From Deltaproteobacteria bacterium (GTDB taxonomy: Bacteria; JAGRBM01; JAHCIT01): 64,000 bases of DNA. Positions 56,328 through 64,000 of this stretch are shown piece by piece. Both the position numbers and the translations under genes were made by a program. Location of the stretch: positions 248,245-312,244 of the forward strand of contig JAHCIT010000001.1 in assembly GCA_026129095.1 (NCBI GenBank), written 5' to 3'. The notes under the pieces are model-generated. The model did not search any database. It saw nothing but the letters and a program-made list of their open reading frames with translations, and was not told where the DNA came from. Every line of letters starts with the position of its first letter. The first letter of the stretch is position 1.

Positions 56328-56894
56328 ATGGCCACCGCCTTGATGCTGGTCAGTTCACTGGTACCTCCGGCAATAAGCCAGGCCGACGAGAAAGATGATC
56401 TTTCCCCGCCACGCTTATCCCTGCTGCTTCTCCGGACGCTGGCGTATGATGCCAGGCTCAAAGTGAAGTCTCCGAGACGAATCCTCGTAACAGTGCTATT
56501 TCCCTCCGGCAGCGACACAACGGTTTGCGAGTCTGTTCGTTCCGCGCTCCAGTCCGCAGCGGCTGAAACCACGGTGTCTGGACTACCGGTCGAAATTACC
56601 CGGCATGTGTATCAGGAGCCGTCAGGACTGGGCAGTCTGCTGGAATCATCCGGCTCCAAGGTTCTGTTCGTCTGCGCCGGCCTGGAGAAGCAAGCGCCAG
56701 CCATCGTCCAGATTACACGCAAACAGGGCGCACTCACCTTTACCGGCGAAAGAAATCTCGTTACAGCGGGCGTCAGTGTCGGGCTTGTAGCCAAGGAGAC
56801 CAAACCGGTCATCGTCGTCAACTTGCCCGCAGCCAAGGCTGAAGACGCGGACTTCAGCATGGAACTACTCCGGCTTGCCGAAGTGATCCGCTAG
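56328..56894 (+). CDS. YfiR/DUF4154 family periplasmic protein; start uncertain
   Basis: Signal peptide; LLLRTLAYD...VNL.AAKAE.ADFS.ELLRLAEVI. Confidence 0.75.
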   Translation: MATALMLVSSLVPPAISQADEKDDLSPPRLSLLLLRTLAYDARLKVKSPRRILVTVLFPSGSDTTVCESVRSALQSAAAETTVSGLPVEITRHVYQEPSGLGSLLESSGSKVLFVCAGLEKQAPAIVQITRKQGALTFTGERNLVTAGVSVGLVAKETKPVIVVNLPAAKAEDADFSMELLRLAEVIR

Positions 56895-56902
56895 CCGATG
56901 GC

Positions 56903-58954
56903 TTATCCAGACTCACCCGTCCTGCGCCATCCATCCATCTGAAGTGACAGGTGGAAGATGAACTCCCGTGATTGCCCCGGAAGTGGTGGATGGTAGCCGT
57001 CGTATGGCTGTATGTAGACGGCGTTTTCGTTGAGCAGGTTCCGGATGCCGGCTCCAACGGAAAGGGGTGGAATAAACAACCCATCGTACCGGACGAAAAG
57101 ATTGAGAAGCGTCACTGGATCATACTTGCGTATGAGCTGGGTGCCGCCACCTGTCACCGCGCCATAGCCATAGCGGGCACTCATGAATACCAATGATGGA
57201 TTGATCGACAGGCCTTCCAAAGGCACAACACCGCCGTTGAAGGTGATCTTGTGGCCGGGAAAAGCAAGCAGCATGTCGCTACGGCCCGGAATCTGGTAGG
57301 CAGGCACACGGTTCTTCCCGGCAGTGTGATAGAAAGAATAGGTAGCACTGGCGTACACCCGGTCATGACGGAGTGAAAGCTCCGATTCCACGCCGCGTGA
57401 TCCCGTCTTGTTGAAGTTCTGGTAACTTTCCGTGCTGGTAACCGGGTCGAAGTTGTATACGATGGGCTTTTCGATGGTGATATCGAAGAAGTTGACCGAA
57501 AACAGGCCATAGCTGCCGATCTCGACGCCGCCCTCAGCTTCGAAAACATTGGTCTTTTCCTGCTGAATCGCCGGGCTCAGCTCAATGTTCTCCAGACTCG
57601 GAGACCGGAAAGCGCGGCTGTAAAGTCCTTTGAGGTAAAATGGCCCAAACGCCCTGGTAATCGCCACACGCGGAGCAAACGACGAACCGTATTGTTCGTG
57701 ATTTTCGAACCGCAGCCCTGCCGTCACATTGGCAATTTCATGCCGGAACAACCCCTGTCCGTAGACGGCAACATTCCGGTAGGTGATCGACCGGCGCCCA
57801 TTCACAAAAGAGGCCGGAAATGTCGACTGGTAACGGCTGTCTTCTGTCGCGTGGGTAAACTCAAGCATGGTCCCGGCTGTCAGGTGCAGTTCATCGGTTG
57901 CCTGCCAGGCACCTTTCAGACTCCCCTGGTACCGGTCTACGGTCCGCTCGTAATATTCCGCGGTGGCCGGGTCTCCGTCAGGGGAATTCCACGGATGCTG
58001 GCGCCGGTAATTGAACAGCGGCGTGATCGTCACTGAATCAGCAGGCTTCCATGCATAGGAAACATCCGTAAAATATGAATGGAAATCGTTATGAATTGGT
58101 GCTGGCAGAACCGCATCGAAACTGTCCTGATGCCGGGTGCTGTAGTGATCCAGCATGAAACGCAGCCGGAAGCCCTTGTACTCCCCCTTCAGGTTCACAT
58201 TGACAGGGTTAAGAAATGAGGCGTCCTCCATGTTCACGGTCGTTCCATAAAAATCGGTATAGTTGCGGTCAGAATGGACGCCACGACCCAGATGGAATGA
58301 CGCTCCCACGTAGCTGTCATCGGTCGGCTTGCCGCCAATAATTCCGGTGTAGTTGTGGCGCGCCAGGGCATCTGCCGTAGCCCCCACGTTCGCCGACACG
58401 AAGCTGCCGTCAAAGTCTGCTCCGATACGGGTTGTGACGTTGATAACAGCCAGCTCAGCGGCACCACCATACAAGGCCGATCCAGGCCCCCGGATTATCT
58501 CCACCTTTTCAATCACATCCGCCGGGAAATGCTGGCCGAACTGGGTCGTGGTGTAGGAACCCTCATTCATTTCCTGACCATCCACGAGAACCAGAATCTT
58601 GCCTTCATGGCCCCAGTTGCCGCGGAATCCGGCGCCGATGACACTGTGAACGTCCACCCCGAAATAAAATCCCGGTACCATCAGGAGTATCTCTTCCAGA
58701 TCCCGGGCTCCTGATCTCTGGATCTCCTCGCGGGTAATCAGGGTGACGACACCGGGGGTTTCGCGCCGGGTCATGGGCTTTTCGGAAGCCACAGTCGTCT
58801 CGGCCTTCAGCAGGTCTTCGAGGGAAAACTGGGTGATGTCTTCTTTTTGAGCCGCCTGAGCAGTCATTGCGGCAGTCAGGCTGGGAATCAGCAGGGCAGC
58901 CATTACCGCCTTGCCGAACGAGGAAGACCGGCTGATTGCGTTTGGGTTCTTCAA
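56903..58954 (-). CDS. TonB-dependent receptor
   Basis: FSLEDLL...VAS, ITREEI.RSGAR plug, VEIIRGPGSALYG; TTG start with GGAG SD. Confidence 0.9.
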   Translation of the reverse strand: MKNPNAISRSSSFGKAVMAALLIPSLTAAMTAQAAQKEDITQFSLEDLLKAETTVASEKPMTRRETPGVVTLITREEIQRSGARDLEEILLMVPGFYFGVDVHSVIGAGFRGNWGHEGKILVLVDGQEMNEGSYTTTQFGQHFPADVIEKVEIIRGPGSALYGGAAELAVINVTTRIGADFDGSFVSANVGATADALARHNYTGIIGGKPTDDSYVGASFHLGRGVHSDRNYTDFYGTTVNMEDASFLNPVNVNLKGEYKGFRLRFMLDHYSTRHQDSFDAVLPAPIHNDFHSYFTDVSYAWKPADSVTITPLFNYRRQHPWNSPDGDPATAEYYERTVDRYQGSLKGAWQATDELHLTAGTMLEFTHATEDSRYQSTFPASFVNGRRSITYRNVAVYGQGLFRHEIANVTAGLRFENHEQYGSSFAPRVAITRAFGPFYLKGLYSRAFRSPSLENIELSPAIQQEKTNVFEAEGGVEIGSYGLFSVNFFDITIEKPIVYNFDPVTSTESYQNFNKTGSRGVESELSLRHDRVYASATYSFYHTAGKNRVPAYQIPGRSDMLLAFPGHKITFNGGVVPLEGLSINPSLVFMSARYGYGAVTGGGTQLIRKYDPVTLLNLFVRYDGLFIPPLSVGAGIRNLLNENAVYIQPYDGYHPPLPGQSREFIFHLSLQMDGWRRTGESG

Positions 58955-59150
58955 AATAAGCTCCGCTATCCCTGTTCCGGGACCAGCCCCACCCGTTTTC
59001 CGAAAGCGGCCTATCCTAGAACAAAGAGCAACCCGGAGACAGAGGCCCCACTTGGGGTTTGGTGGATCACGGTATAGCATGAAGCCGGATGGAACCGCTT
59101 GGCGGCCTCTAAAAGCAGGGCCCCTCAGCGAAAGAGGAAGGAAAACCGAA

Positions 59151-60527
59151 ATGAGCACCCAGCAAATCCCGGGGATCGTCAGGAAACTCCGGACCACATT
59201 TGAAAGCGGACGGACACGCCCTCTGGAATGGCGCCTGCGGCAGCTCAAGGCCGCCGCCGCCATGATCAAGGCCAATAGTGATGAAATCGTCGACGCCCTT
59301 CACAAGGATGTGGGCAAGCCTCCCCTCGAAGCAATCATGGCTGAAGTCTCATTTATGACGCAGGAGATCGCCCTGTTCCGGAAAAAGCTCCCCCAGTGGG
59401 TCAAGCCGGAAAAAGTCTCGACACCTCTTCCCGTCCAGCCGGGACAGAGCCAGATCGTTCGCGAGCCTCTCGGTGTCATTCTGGTCATCGCCCCGTGGAA
59501 CTACCCGTTCCAGCTCACCATGTCGCCACTCATGGGAGCCATCGCCGCCGGCAACTGTGCTGTCGTGAAGCCTTCAGAAGTGACACCCAACACCTCCGCC
59601 GTGCTCGCCAAGCTGATCCCCCAGTACCTGGATCCCGACTGCGTGGCCGTGGTCGAGGGAGCCGTGGATGAAACCACCGCCCTGCTCAAGGAACAGTTCG
59701 ATTACATTTTCTATACCGGCAACGGCACAGTCGGCCGGATTGTCATGGAAGCCGCCGCCAGGCATCTGACGCCGGTGACGCTGGAACTGGGCGGCAAGAG
59801 CCCGACGCTCGTGGACAAGGATGCTGACCTCGATGTGGCAGCCCGCCGCATCGCCTGGGGCAAATTTTTCAACGCTGGCCAGACCTGCGTCGCCCCCGAC
59901 TACATCCTCGCCCATGAGTCAATCGAAAACCGGCTCGTCGACAAGCTTCGGGAGACCGTCCGCCAGTTTTACGGCGACGATCCGAAGCAGAGCAAGGACT
60001 ATGCCCGCATCGTGAACCAGCGTCACCACCAGCGGCTGATGAAGCTGATGGGAAGCGGTGATACTGTGACAGGCGGAACCGGCGATGAATCCCAGTGCTA
60101 TATTGCCCCGACCATCCTGCGAAACGTACGTGAGGATTCTCCGGTGATGCAGGACGAAATCTTCGGGCCCATCCTGCCGGTGCTCAAGGTACCGAACATG
60201 GACGCTGCGATCGAATTCGTAAACAAGAGGCCAAAGCCGCTGGCACTCTACGTCTTCTCCTCAAATGATGAAGTCCAGAAGCGCGTTATCAGCCGGACCA
60301 GTTCCGGCGGCGCGGCGATCAACCACGCCGTCGTGCATCTGTCGGTCCCCGACCTGCCGTTTGGCGGCGTGGGGCCCAGTGGCATGGGCTCATACCACGG
60401 CAAGCAGTCGTTCGATACGTTCTCGCACAGGAAATCGGTACTGAAAAAGCCCTTCGCCTTTGACGCACCGATCCTTTATCCGCCGTACACCGAAACCAAG
60501 ACCAAGTGGCTCAAGCGGCTGCTGTAG
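59151..60527 (+). CDS. Aldehyde dehydrogenase (ALDH3-like)
   Basis: PWNYP, LELGGKSP, NAGQTCVAPD, EIFGP. Confidence 0.95.
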   Translation: MSTQQIPGIVRKLRTTFESGRTRPLEWRLRQLKAAAAMIKANSDEIVDALHKDVGKPPLEAIMAEVSFMTQEIALFRKKLPQWVKPEKVSTPLPVQPGQSQIVREPLGVILVIAPWNYPFQLTMSPLMGAIAAGNCAVVKPSEVTPNTSAVLAKLIPQYLDPDCVAVVEGAVDETTALLKEQFDYIFYTGNGTVGRIVMEAAARHLTPVTLELGGKSPTLVDKDADLDVAARRIAWGKFFNAGQTCVAPDYILAHESIENRLVDKLRETVRQFYGDDPKQSKDYARIVNQRHHQRLMKLMGSGDTVTGGTGDESQCYIAPTILRNVREDSPVMQDEIFGPILPVLKVPNMDAAIEFVNKRPKPLALYVFSSNDEVQKRVISRTSSGGAAINHAVVHLSVPDLPFGGVGPSGMGSYHGKQSFDTFSHRKSVLKKPFAFDAPILYPPYTETKTKWLKRLL

Positions 60528-60597
60528 CAGCAACCGGAACGGCTGCATTCCCGGCTGGGCCGGGATGAGTAATCCTTGTTCGCCAAAGGAGCCGGTT

Positions 60598-61305
60598 GTG
60601 AATATATCCTCCGCTTTCGTTGCTGGTGCCACCGGCTTTACCGGCCGCGAGGTGGTAAGCCAGCTAGTGCCGCGCGGTATCCGCACCATCGCCCATGTGA
60701 GACCCGATTCGTCCCGCCTGGATGGCTGGCGGGAGAGATTCGAAGGCCTGGGTGCATCCACGGACACAACTCCATGGGATACAGTCGCACTGGCAGCCAC
60801 ACTTGCCTCGCTCAAGCCTTCAATAATTTTTGCGCTGATCGGGACCACCCGCAGACGCATGGCCGAAACATCGAAAGAAGCCGCCAGCTATGAGGCCGTG
60901 GATTACGGGCTGACAAAAATGCTTCTTGATGCAGCCGTCCGGTCGGGTGCCAGTCCCCGCTTCATATACCTGTCGGCATCCGGCGTCTCGGAGCGTAACC
61001 CCACCGCCTACATGAAAGCCCGCTGGAAGGCCGAAAAGGCAATCCGTGAAAGCGGACTCCCTTATATCATTGCCCGGCCTGCTTTTATTACCGGTCAGGG
61101 GCGCGATGATTCGCGGCCGCTGGAAAAGGCCGGTTCGGCTCTGTTCGACACGGTACTTTCGGCTGCCGCACTGGTCGGGGCAGGCAAACTCCGGGACCGT
61201 TACCGGTCAATTACCAACGTGGAACTGGCCGGCGCACTAATTAAACTCGCCCTGAACCCCGAGAATGCAAACCGGATCATCGAGCGCGAAGGCCTTACGC
61301 CCTGA
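60598..61305 (+). CDS. NAD(P)H-binding atypical SDR
   Basis: AGATGFTG, VDYG, YMKAR, ARPAFI. Confidence 0.8.
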   Translation: MNISSAFVAGATGFTGREVVSQLVPRGIRTIAHVRPDSSRLDGWRERFEGLGASTDTTPWDTVALAATLASLKPSIIFALIGTTRRRMAETSKEAASYEAVDYGLTKMLLDAAVRSGASPRFIYLSASGVSERNPTAYMKARWKAEKAIRESGLPYIIARPAFITGQGRDDSRPLEKAGSALFDTVLSAAALVGAGKLRDRYRSITNVELAGALIKLALNPENANRIIEREGLTP

Positions 61306-61309
61306 TCCG

Positions 61310-61828
61310 TCACTCCATTCTTCCCAATTCATATTCGCCACTGCCTAACCGCAGAACGATCCGTCCATCAGGCAGTTCCACCATGAGATGTGACAGGGAT
61401 TGGGCCGCTTGGCGGCTGAACCGGGCGCCAGCGGCTCCATTCTTTACCAGACAATAAGGAACATTCCCCCGGTAATGGAGCGTTTCGGGAACAAGGAACT
61501 CTTCAGCCCCATCATATGTCCTGATGAGAATCCGCTCCGGCATGCCACCTGGCGTGCCGCCGACATCGCGGCAGGAAACCACCTGATATGGAACATCCTC
61601 GATTTGAACCGGCTTGCGTTCCCACTCGGAAACATAAATCTCCCATCCCGCCCCACCCTGCACGGGGCGCAGATGACGACGAAGAAAATCCAGCATCCGC
61701 TCATGGACGATTTCTTCACCCTCGCTCCAGAACCGGCCCTCGCGATCTATACGGATCGGAGGGTTTTCCCATCCTGAACGCGCCTCTTTTGTCTCACCAC
61801 TCTTCATGCACGCATCGCAGGGAACCAT
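61310..61828 (-). CDS. DUF1285-like protein
   Basis: IRIDREGRFW.EG...IEDVPY...PYCLV...ARFSR. Confidence 0.6.
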   Translation of the reverse strand: MVPCDACMKSGETKEARSGWENPPIRIDREGRFWSEGEEIVHERMLDFLRRHLRPVQGGAGWEIYVSEWERKPVQIEDVPYQVVSCRDVGGTPGGMPERILIRTYDGAEEFLVPETLHYRGNVPYCLVKNGAAGARFSRQAAQSLSHLMVELPDGRIVLRLGSGEYELGRME

Positions 61829-61836
61829 CCATTCCC

Positions 61837-62286
61837 TCAGAACAGTTTGGCTGAATCAAGAAGAATCGTGAATGGTCCGTCATTCACCAGTTCCACCTGC
61901 ATATGGGCCCCAAAACGGCCTGTGGCGCAAACGGTGCCGCCTTCGCGGCATAGCTCCGCCAGCCGGTCAAACAGCGGCCGGGCATGCTCCGGCTTTGCGG
62001 CCTCTGTATAGGACGGCCGACGACCCGTACGGGCGTCTCCCAGCAACGTGAACTGGGAAATCAGCAGTATGGCACCGCCCGTCTCGCGAATACTCAAATT
62101 CGGCTTATCCTGCAGATCATTCAGTATCCGCAGGTTCAGCAGCTTCTCGCTCATCCATAGGGCATCCGCTTCTTTATCCTTTGTCGAAATCCCGATCAGG
62201 ACACACAGCCCAGGGCCAATCTCCCCTGCCATTTCGCCATCCACACAGACACATGCCCTGCTGACACGCTGCACAACTGCCCGCAT
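61837..62286 (-). CDS. dtd: D-aminoacyl-tRNA deacylase
   Basis: MRAVVQRV, SQFTL, NDGPFT. Confidence 0.96.
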   Translation of the reverse strand: MRAVVQRVSRACVCVDGEMAGEIGPGLCVLIGISTKDKEADALWMSEKLLNLRILNDLQDKPNLSIRETGGAILLISQFTLLGDARTGRRPSYTEAAKPEHARPLFDRLAELCREGGTVCATGRFGAHMQVELVNDGPFTILLDSAKLF

Positions 62287-62370
62287 GAATGCCGTTACTC
62301 CCCATTGTCACCCAATAGCCCTGCTTCCGCGTTCGTGCCACACTGGAAACGTACAGACCGTATTACTGCA

Positions 62371-64000
62371 ATGCTATCAGGCAGCCCTTCCATCCGCTCG
62401 ATAGAACCCGTTCAGGTCCGTGAACTGACCGGAGTCGGGATCTTCGGACCCCTCGCCCGGGTATTTTTCATAGCCGTTATCCTAGGTGGTTCCTGGCTGA
62501 CTTGGCGGCAACCGGCCGCAGGGCTCGGCCTCGCCTATAGTCCCGTGCTTGCCGGTTATGTCATGGCGGGCATGGCCTCAATCTATTATTTCCTGTGCTT
62601 CGCTGTCCGGACATTCCGGAAAGTCCCGCTATCCCCTCGAGTCGATAACTGGCTTGAATATGTCCAGGCAGCCATCGATTCCGTACTGGTTCTGGCAACC
62701 GTATACATTTCCGGCTCACAGACCACGAGTTGGGTGGTCCTGATCCTGGTACTTGCCGTCTACTATATGACCACGGCCGGCCCCCGGTTTGGAACCGGAC
62801 TGTCGGTATTTCTGGGATTCGCCTATGCGGTCATCGTTTTTCTCGAAAGCCGGCACCTTATTCCTTACGCCCCGATCCACTCACAGCCGGTTTTTCACGA
62901 GTATGTAAGTCTCGCTGTGGTCAATTTCGGGGCGGTCGGCTCGGTGGCTGGCGCCCTGATCATTGGCAACTTCGTAGGATGGGTCACTTTCCGTGCCCTC
63001 CAGCGCACACTGGAAACCGAGGTTCAGGTTTCCCGAAAATACGATGAACTGATCCACGGCATCTCGGACATCATCTGGGAATGCGGCCGTGACCAGAACT
63101 ATACCTTTGTCAGCGAAAGCGCCCGTGCCCTGCTCGGTTATGGGCCAGATGAACTGACCGGACGGAATTTCAGGTCGATCTGCAGCGCCGACGATCTGAC
63201 ACGTGTTGACGCATGGCTCAACGGAGGCAACCCAGAGAAAGGCGGGGTGCTCGACTATAGCGTCGTCGCGCGCGACCTTACACTCCACTGGATTTCAACA
63301 ACAGTCACGCCCATTTTGGATAGCGATGGACGGTTCGTGGGGTTCCGTGGAACCGCCCGCGATGTAACCAATGCGCGTATCGCCGAGGAGCGCCTGAGCC
63401 GGGCCCAGCGTTATGAGGCGGTCGCGGCACTGGCGAGCGGTATCGCCCACGACTTCAACAACCTGTTCAATGCCATCAACGGATTTGCCCAGCTGGAGCG
63501 TTTGAATGCAGCGGACGGCACAGAGCCCGCCGAAAATCTGGACGCCATCATCAAGGCTGCACGCCGGGGAACAGCCCTCACCAGCAATCTGCTCAATCTG
63601 AGCCGTCCCCAGCTTTTTCAGAAAGGGATGGTTAACCCTGCCGAGCTTCTGGAACATACCCGGCAGATCGCCCGGGCCAGCATGGGCGGGCGGATACTCA
63701 TAGACATCGATATCCGCACCCGCCGCCAGATTCTCGGAGATGAAAACCTGCTTTCCACCGTGATTCTGAACCTGTGCCTGAATGCGCGGGATGCCATTGG
63801 CTCCAGGGATGGGCGGATCCTGATGAGCGTCGACGAATCCAGGGATGGACGGCAGGTGATTATTGCGGTTGAGGATAACGGCACCGGTATCCCCCCTGAG
63901 CTGCATGAAAAGATTTTCCTCCCCTTTTACACCACCAAACCGCGCGGTTCCGGAACCGGACTGGGACTGGCCATGGCCCGCAAGATCGTCACCGAGCATG
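62371..64000 (+). CDS. Membrane PAS-domain sensor histidine kinase (3' truncated; absent from ORF track)
   Basis: Frame +1 read by hand: TM helices, PAS (DIIWE...LLGY.PDEL), H-box AHDFNN, NARDA, DNGTGI, GTGLGL. Confidence 0.92.
   Translation, partial: MLSGSPSIRSIEPVQVRELTGVGIFGPLARVFFIAVILGGSWLTWRQPAAGLGLAYSPVLAGYVMAGMASIYYFLCFAVRTFRKVPLSPRVDNWLEYVQAAIDSVLVLATVYISGSQTTSWVVLILVLAVYYMTTAGPRFGTGLSVFLGFAYAVIVFLESRHLIPYAPIHSQPVFHEYVSLAVVNFGAVGSVAGALIIGNFVGWVTFRALQRTLETEVQVSRKYDELIHGISDIIWECGRDQNYTFVSESARALLGYGPDELTGRNFRSICSADDLTRVDAWLNGGNPEKGGVLDYSVVARDLTLHWISTTVTPILDSDGRFVGFRGTARDVTNARIAEERLSRAQRYEAVAALASGIAHDFNNLFNAINGFAQLERLNAADGTEPAENLDAIIKAARRGTALTSNLLNLSRPQLFQKGMVNPAELLEHTRQIARASMGGRILIDIDIRTRRQILGDENLLSTVILNLCLNARDAIGSRDGRILMSVDESRDGRQVIIAVEDNGTGIPPELHEKIFLPFYTTKPRGSGTGLGLAMARKIVTEH

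Noticed and set aside
63295-63999. 234-aa minus-strand ORF
   Set aside because: Antisense to the histidine kinase on the plus strand

Overview
A GC-rich bacterial chromosomal segment. A TIGR02147 protein, a MYXO-CTERM-like tail and a TraB-like OmpA/TSP3 protein suggest a Myxococcota/Bdellovibrionota-like delta-proteobacterial lineage (inference). Most of it is housekeeping and metabolic genes: ppdK, glyQS, suhB, gshB, thiC with a TPP riboswitch, sua5, queD/queC, rpsD, tRNA-Arg(UCG), def, ruvAB, hisS, prlC, dtd, and lipid/redox enzymes. Accessory elements: (1) a 1992-aa Ca-binding-repeat surface protein with a GC-TM-basic sorting tail, overlapping a beta-barrel/TSP3/OmpA gene, which is a traA-traB-like layout with a different TraA-position protein and the best candidate for an undescribed system; (2) a TIGR02147 regulator plus two acidic exported paralogs bracketed by a 38-bp direct repeat; (3) a sigma54/IHF/enhancer promoter driving a pentapeptide-repeat lipoprotein; (4) a solitary HNH nuclease and a DUF6883/DUF4926 pair. 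No integrase, transposase, rRNA or CRISPR array was seen. All family assignments come from reading motifs by eye, not from database searches; several starts were moved from the ORF track to more plausible codons.
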